This document shows positions 36,131-38,864 of a stretch of DNA of 38,864 nt, piece after piece. Origin of the DNA: Actinomycetes bacterium (GTDB taxonomy: Bacteria > Actinomycetota > Actinomycetes > Actinomycetales > Cellulomonadaceae); contig JAEYNO010000149.1 of the NCBI GenBank assembly GCA_023412515.1, forward strand, positions 1 to 38,864, given 5' to 3'. The notes beneath the pieces are model-generated. The model was not told the DNA's origin. It saw nothing but the letters and a program-made list of their open reading frames with translations, and made no database searches. The position numbers and the translations under genes are program-made. Positions within the stretch are counted from its first letter, which is position 1. Every line of letters starts with the position of its first letter.

Positions 36131-36388
36131 ATGCGCACCGTCACCGCCACGCATGCCTCGCGCGGGTTCTCCGACCTGTTGGACGCCGTCGAGCACGGGG
36201 ACACGATCGCGATCACGCGCGGCGGGCGCGTCGTCGCCCAGATCGCGCCGGCGGTCTCCACGACCGGCAGTGCGCTCCGCGCGGCGCTGGCGGGGGTCCC
36301 CACGCTCGACGACGACCTCGAGGGCGACGTCGCCGGCGCGACCGCGCTGCTCACGACCGACGAGAGCGACCCGTGGCACGCCGGCTGA
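36131..36388 (+). CDS. Phd/YefM family antitoxin
   Basis: TVTATHASRGFSDLLDAVEHGDTIAITRGGRVVAQIAP; TACGAT -10 and TCAGAT direct repeats (36098, 36106) upstream. Confidence 0.9.
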   Translation: MRTVTATHASRGFSDLLDAVEHGDTIAITRGGRVVAQIAPAVSTTGSALRAALAGVPTLDDDLEGDVAGATALLTTDESDPWHAG

Positions 36389-36780
36389 TCCTCGACACCA
36401 CGACGCTCATCGCCTACGAGCGCGGCACCGTCGACCGCGGCCTGTTCGACGACGACGACCTCGCGATCGCCGCGGTGACGGTCGCGGAGTTCCGCACGGG
36501 CATCGAGCTCGCCGACACCGCGCGACGGGCGGCCGACCGCGCGCGGGTGCTCGCCGCGATCACGTCGGCGATCACCGTGCTCGACTACACCGAGCGCACC
36601 GCCGCCGAGCACGCGCGCCTGATCGCGCACGTCCGCCGCGCGGGCCAGCCGCGGGGGGCGCACGACCTGATCATCGCGGCGCACGCCGCCGAGCACGGTC
36701 GCACGGTCGCGTCGTGCGACGCCCGCGCGCGGTTCGGCGACCTCCCCGAGGTCCAGGTGGTCCTCGTCCCGCGGCGCTGA
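36373..36780 (+). CDS. vapC: PIN-domain toxin (VapC family)
   Basis: LILDTT, VAEF, AHDLIIAAHA, SCD acidic tetrad; overlaps the antitoxin 3' end. Confidence 0.9.
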   Translation: MARRLILDTTTLIAYERGTVDRGLFDDDDLAIAAVTVAEFRTGIELADTARRAADRARVLAAITSAITVLDYTERTAAEHARLIAHVRRAGQPRGAHDLIIAAHAAEHGRTVASCDARARFGDLPEVQVVLVPRR

Positions 36781-36827
36781 GAGTCGGCGAATCGGCGCGG
36801 GCCGGGCCCGAGTGTGCGGCGCCCGGC

Positions 36828-38021
36828 TCACCGTCCCGCGCGTCGCCGCCCCGCCCGTGCCGAGAAGGCGTCCATCGCGGCGAGCACCTCGGCGGCCTGC
36901 CACACCCGCGCACGGTGGCCCGTCGACGGCGAGTGGAGCACCCCGGCCTCCTGGAGCACCTCGATCGCGTTCCGTGCCGCCCGGTCGGACACCCCGAGCG
37001 CGCGGGCCGCGTACTCGGCCGTCACGACGGGTTGGGAGAACAGCAGGTCCGACAACGGCCACGCTGCCGAGTCCGACCGTGCCGTAATCGCGTCGCGCCA
37101 GCGCGCGCGGGCGGCGACGACCTCGGCGGCGAGCTGGCGGCCGTTCGCGGTCGCGGCGACCGCGGCCGACGCGATCTGCTCGACGATCGGGTCGAGGTCG
37201 CCGTCCCGGTAGGCGCCGAGCGCGCGGAAGTACGACTCCGGGTCGCGCAGCAGCCCGGCGGACACCGGGACCGTCGTGTGCAGCGCGAGACCGCGTCGAC
37301 GCAGGACCGTGTGGACCAGGACGCGCCCGGTGCGCCCGTTGCCGTCGGTGAACGGATGGATGGTCTCGAACTGGGCGTGGACGACGGCCGCCAGGACGAG
37401 CGCCGGCACGTCGTCCCGTGCGGCGAACGCGACGAGGTCGTCGACGAGCAGGGGAACGCGGTCGTGGTGCGGCGGGACGAAGTCGGCGCCGTGCGGACTG
37501 ATCGGCGAAGCGCCCACCCACACCTGCTCGGAGCGCCAGCGTCCCGCGGTCTCGGGCTCCGACTCCGCCAGGAGCGCGCGGTGGACGGCGAGGATGCCCG
37601 CCGCGGTGACGTCGTCGCCCGCGGCGAGGGCGCCCGTCATGGCTCGGACGTTGGCTGCGACGAGGTCGGCGTTCTGCCGGGACGGCACGCCGAGCGACGC
37701 GAGCGCGAGGTTGCGCGCGTTCGTGGTGAGGTGCTCGATCTGCGAGCTCGACGCCGACTCGGTCCGCAGGAGCACCGTCGGCATGGGGACGGGGAGCGAC
37801 GCCATCGCGCTGTCGAAGCGTGCGACGTCGAGCGTCGCCTCCTCGGTGAGCGCCGCCACCCGGGCGCTGACGCGCGGGTGCGCCGCCGCGATCGACGGTG
37901 GCACGGCGGCCTCGTAGGGCCGCGCGACGCGCCGTCGCTGGAACGCGTCGAGGTAGGGGCTGGTCGCCGCCCAGGGCAGCGTCTCGTGGTCGACCGCCGG
38001 CCACGGGTGGTCGGTGGTCAT
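36828..38021 (-). CDS. Fic family protein with N-terminal inhibitory-helix-like motif and C-terminal HTH
   Basis: HPFTDGNGRTGR; SSQIEH; AEYAARALGVSDRAARNAIEVL. Confidence 0.93.
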   Translation of the reverse strand: MTTDHPWPAVDHETLPWAATSPYLDAFQRRRVARPYEAAVPPSIAAAHPRVSARVAALTEEATLDVARFDSAMASLPVPMPTVLLRTESASSSQIEHLTTNARNLALASLGVPSRQNADLVAANVRAMTGALAAGDDVTAAGILAVHRALLAESEPETAGRWRSEQVWVGASPISPHGADFVPPHHDRVPLLVDDLVAFAARDDVPALVLAAVVHAQFETIHPFTDGNGRTGRVLVHTVLRRRGLALHTTVPVSAGLLRDPESYFRALGAYRDGDLDPIVEQIASAAVAATANGRQLAAEVVAARARWRDAITARSDSAAWPLSDLLFSQPVVTAEYAARALGVSDRAARNAIEVLQEAGVLHSPSTGHRARVWQAAEVLAAMDAFSARAGRRRAGR

Positions 38022-38148
38022 CCTTCTCCCCGGTTCGTCACGAGTTGAAGCCTACGGCCATACCCTTCACTCCGCCTGTGCCGGCCGGAAGCGTCGTCGC
38101 GGTCGGTCCCCCTCCTGGGTCGCGCCCGCGCGGACTGGACGTGGAGGC

Positions 38149-38167
38149 TGAGGTATGGCAACCCTTA
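38149..38167 (+). promoter_or_regulatory. IdeR/DtxR iron box
   Basis: TGAGGTATGGCAACCCTTA matches TWAGGTWAGSCTWACCTWA at 15/19, 4 nt before the siderophore-interacting gene start. Confidence 0.7.
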
Positions 38168-38171
38168 TCCC

Positions 38172-38864
38172 GTGCCTCCCGCCGTCGAGCCTCGCTTCCG
38201 CACGTCACCGAACGTGCTGTTCGCGACGGTCGTGACGCGCGTCGTGCGGCTCTCGCCCGGGTTCGTGCGCGTGACGCTCACCGGGCCCGACCTGGGCGTG
38301 CTCGCGCCGTACGGGCTCGACCAGCGCATCAAGATCCTGCTGGGCGAGCCGTGCGACGGCCTGCTGCCCGGGCTGCCCGAGCGTGAGTGGCGGCGCGTGT
38401 GGCGCGCGGTCCCGGAAGGCCGGCGGCCCGTGCTGCGCAGCTACACGGCCTACGAGGTGCGTCCCGACGTGCGCGAGCTCGACCTCGACTTCTACGTGCA
38501 CGACCCCGCGGGCCCCGCGAGCGAGTGGGCCCTCGCCGCGCGCCCCGGCGACCCGCTGCTGGTCTCGGGCCCCGACGTGCGCGCGGGTGCGCCCGACCAC
38601 GGCGTGCAGTGGTGCCCCGGCGGCGCGACCGAGCGCGTGCTGCTCGCGGCCGACGAGACCGCGTACCCCGCCGTGCGCGGCATCCTCGCGGCGCTGCCCG
38701 CGGGCGTGCGCGCGACGGTCCTGCTGGAGGCGGGCCACGCGGCCGACGCCGCGACGCTCGACGACGTGACCGCCGGGCACGACGCGCACGTGCTGCTGCG
38801 CGACGGGCGGCGCGGCGGGCAGGCGCTCGTGGCGGCCGTCGAGGCGTGGGCCGCCGCGCACGGG
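38172..38864 (+). CDS. Siderophore-interacting protein (ViuB/FAD-binding), runs off the window
   Basis: RLSPGFVRVTLTGPDL, DQRIKI, LRSYT, LDLDFYVH, GPASEWA, LLAADETAYPA; not in the ORF track because it has no stop in the window. Confidence 0.9.
   Translation, partial: MPPAVEPRFRTSPNVLFATVVTRVVRLSPGFVRVTLTGPDLGVLAPYGLDQRIKILLGEPCDGLLPGLPEREWRRVWRAVPEGRRPVLRSYTAYEVRPDVRELDLDFYVHDPAGPASEWALAARPGDPLLVSGPDVRAGAPDHGVQWCPGGATERVLLAADETAYPAVRGILAALPAGVRATVLLEAGHAADAATLDDVTAGHDAHVLLRDGRRGGQALVAAVEAWAAAHG

Overview
High-GC actinobacterial chromosome segment, Cellulomonas-like by inference (paired GH10 xylanases, many leaderless starts, IdeR box). Core-like flanks (1-12.3 kb, 16.1-18.0 kb, 28.3-38.9 kb) encode an aldo/keto reductase, OsmC, an AraC regulator, a ~2,320-aa sortase-anchored multi-Ig-domain surface protein, AIM24, RNase Z, two divergent GH10 xylanases, an SNF2 helicase, DUF427, VapBC, Fic and a siderophore-interacting protein. 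Two accessory zones are visibly more AT-rich. (i) 12.3-16.1 kb: an S1 protease decapitated by an intact ISL3, next to decayed IS5 and IS256 remnants. (ii) 18.0-28.3 kb around tRNA-Arg(CCT). Left of the tRNA is a PrsW-peptidase/nuclease polymorphic toxin with its putative immunity gene. Right of it are two tandem, integrase-less modules, each starting with the tRNA 3' half, arm-like repeats and the same ~95-aa small ORF, but followed by different cargo: a STAND-like ATPase-TIR defence candidate, then a SUFU pseudogene plus a secreted protein. An 11-bp tandem repeat sets the frame of the small ORF that is fused to the ATPase-TIR. All family calls come from motif recognition by eye; no database searches were run.
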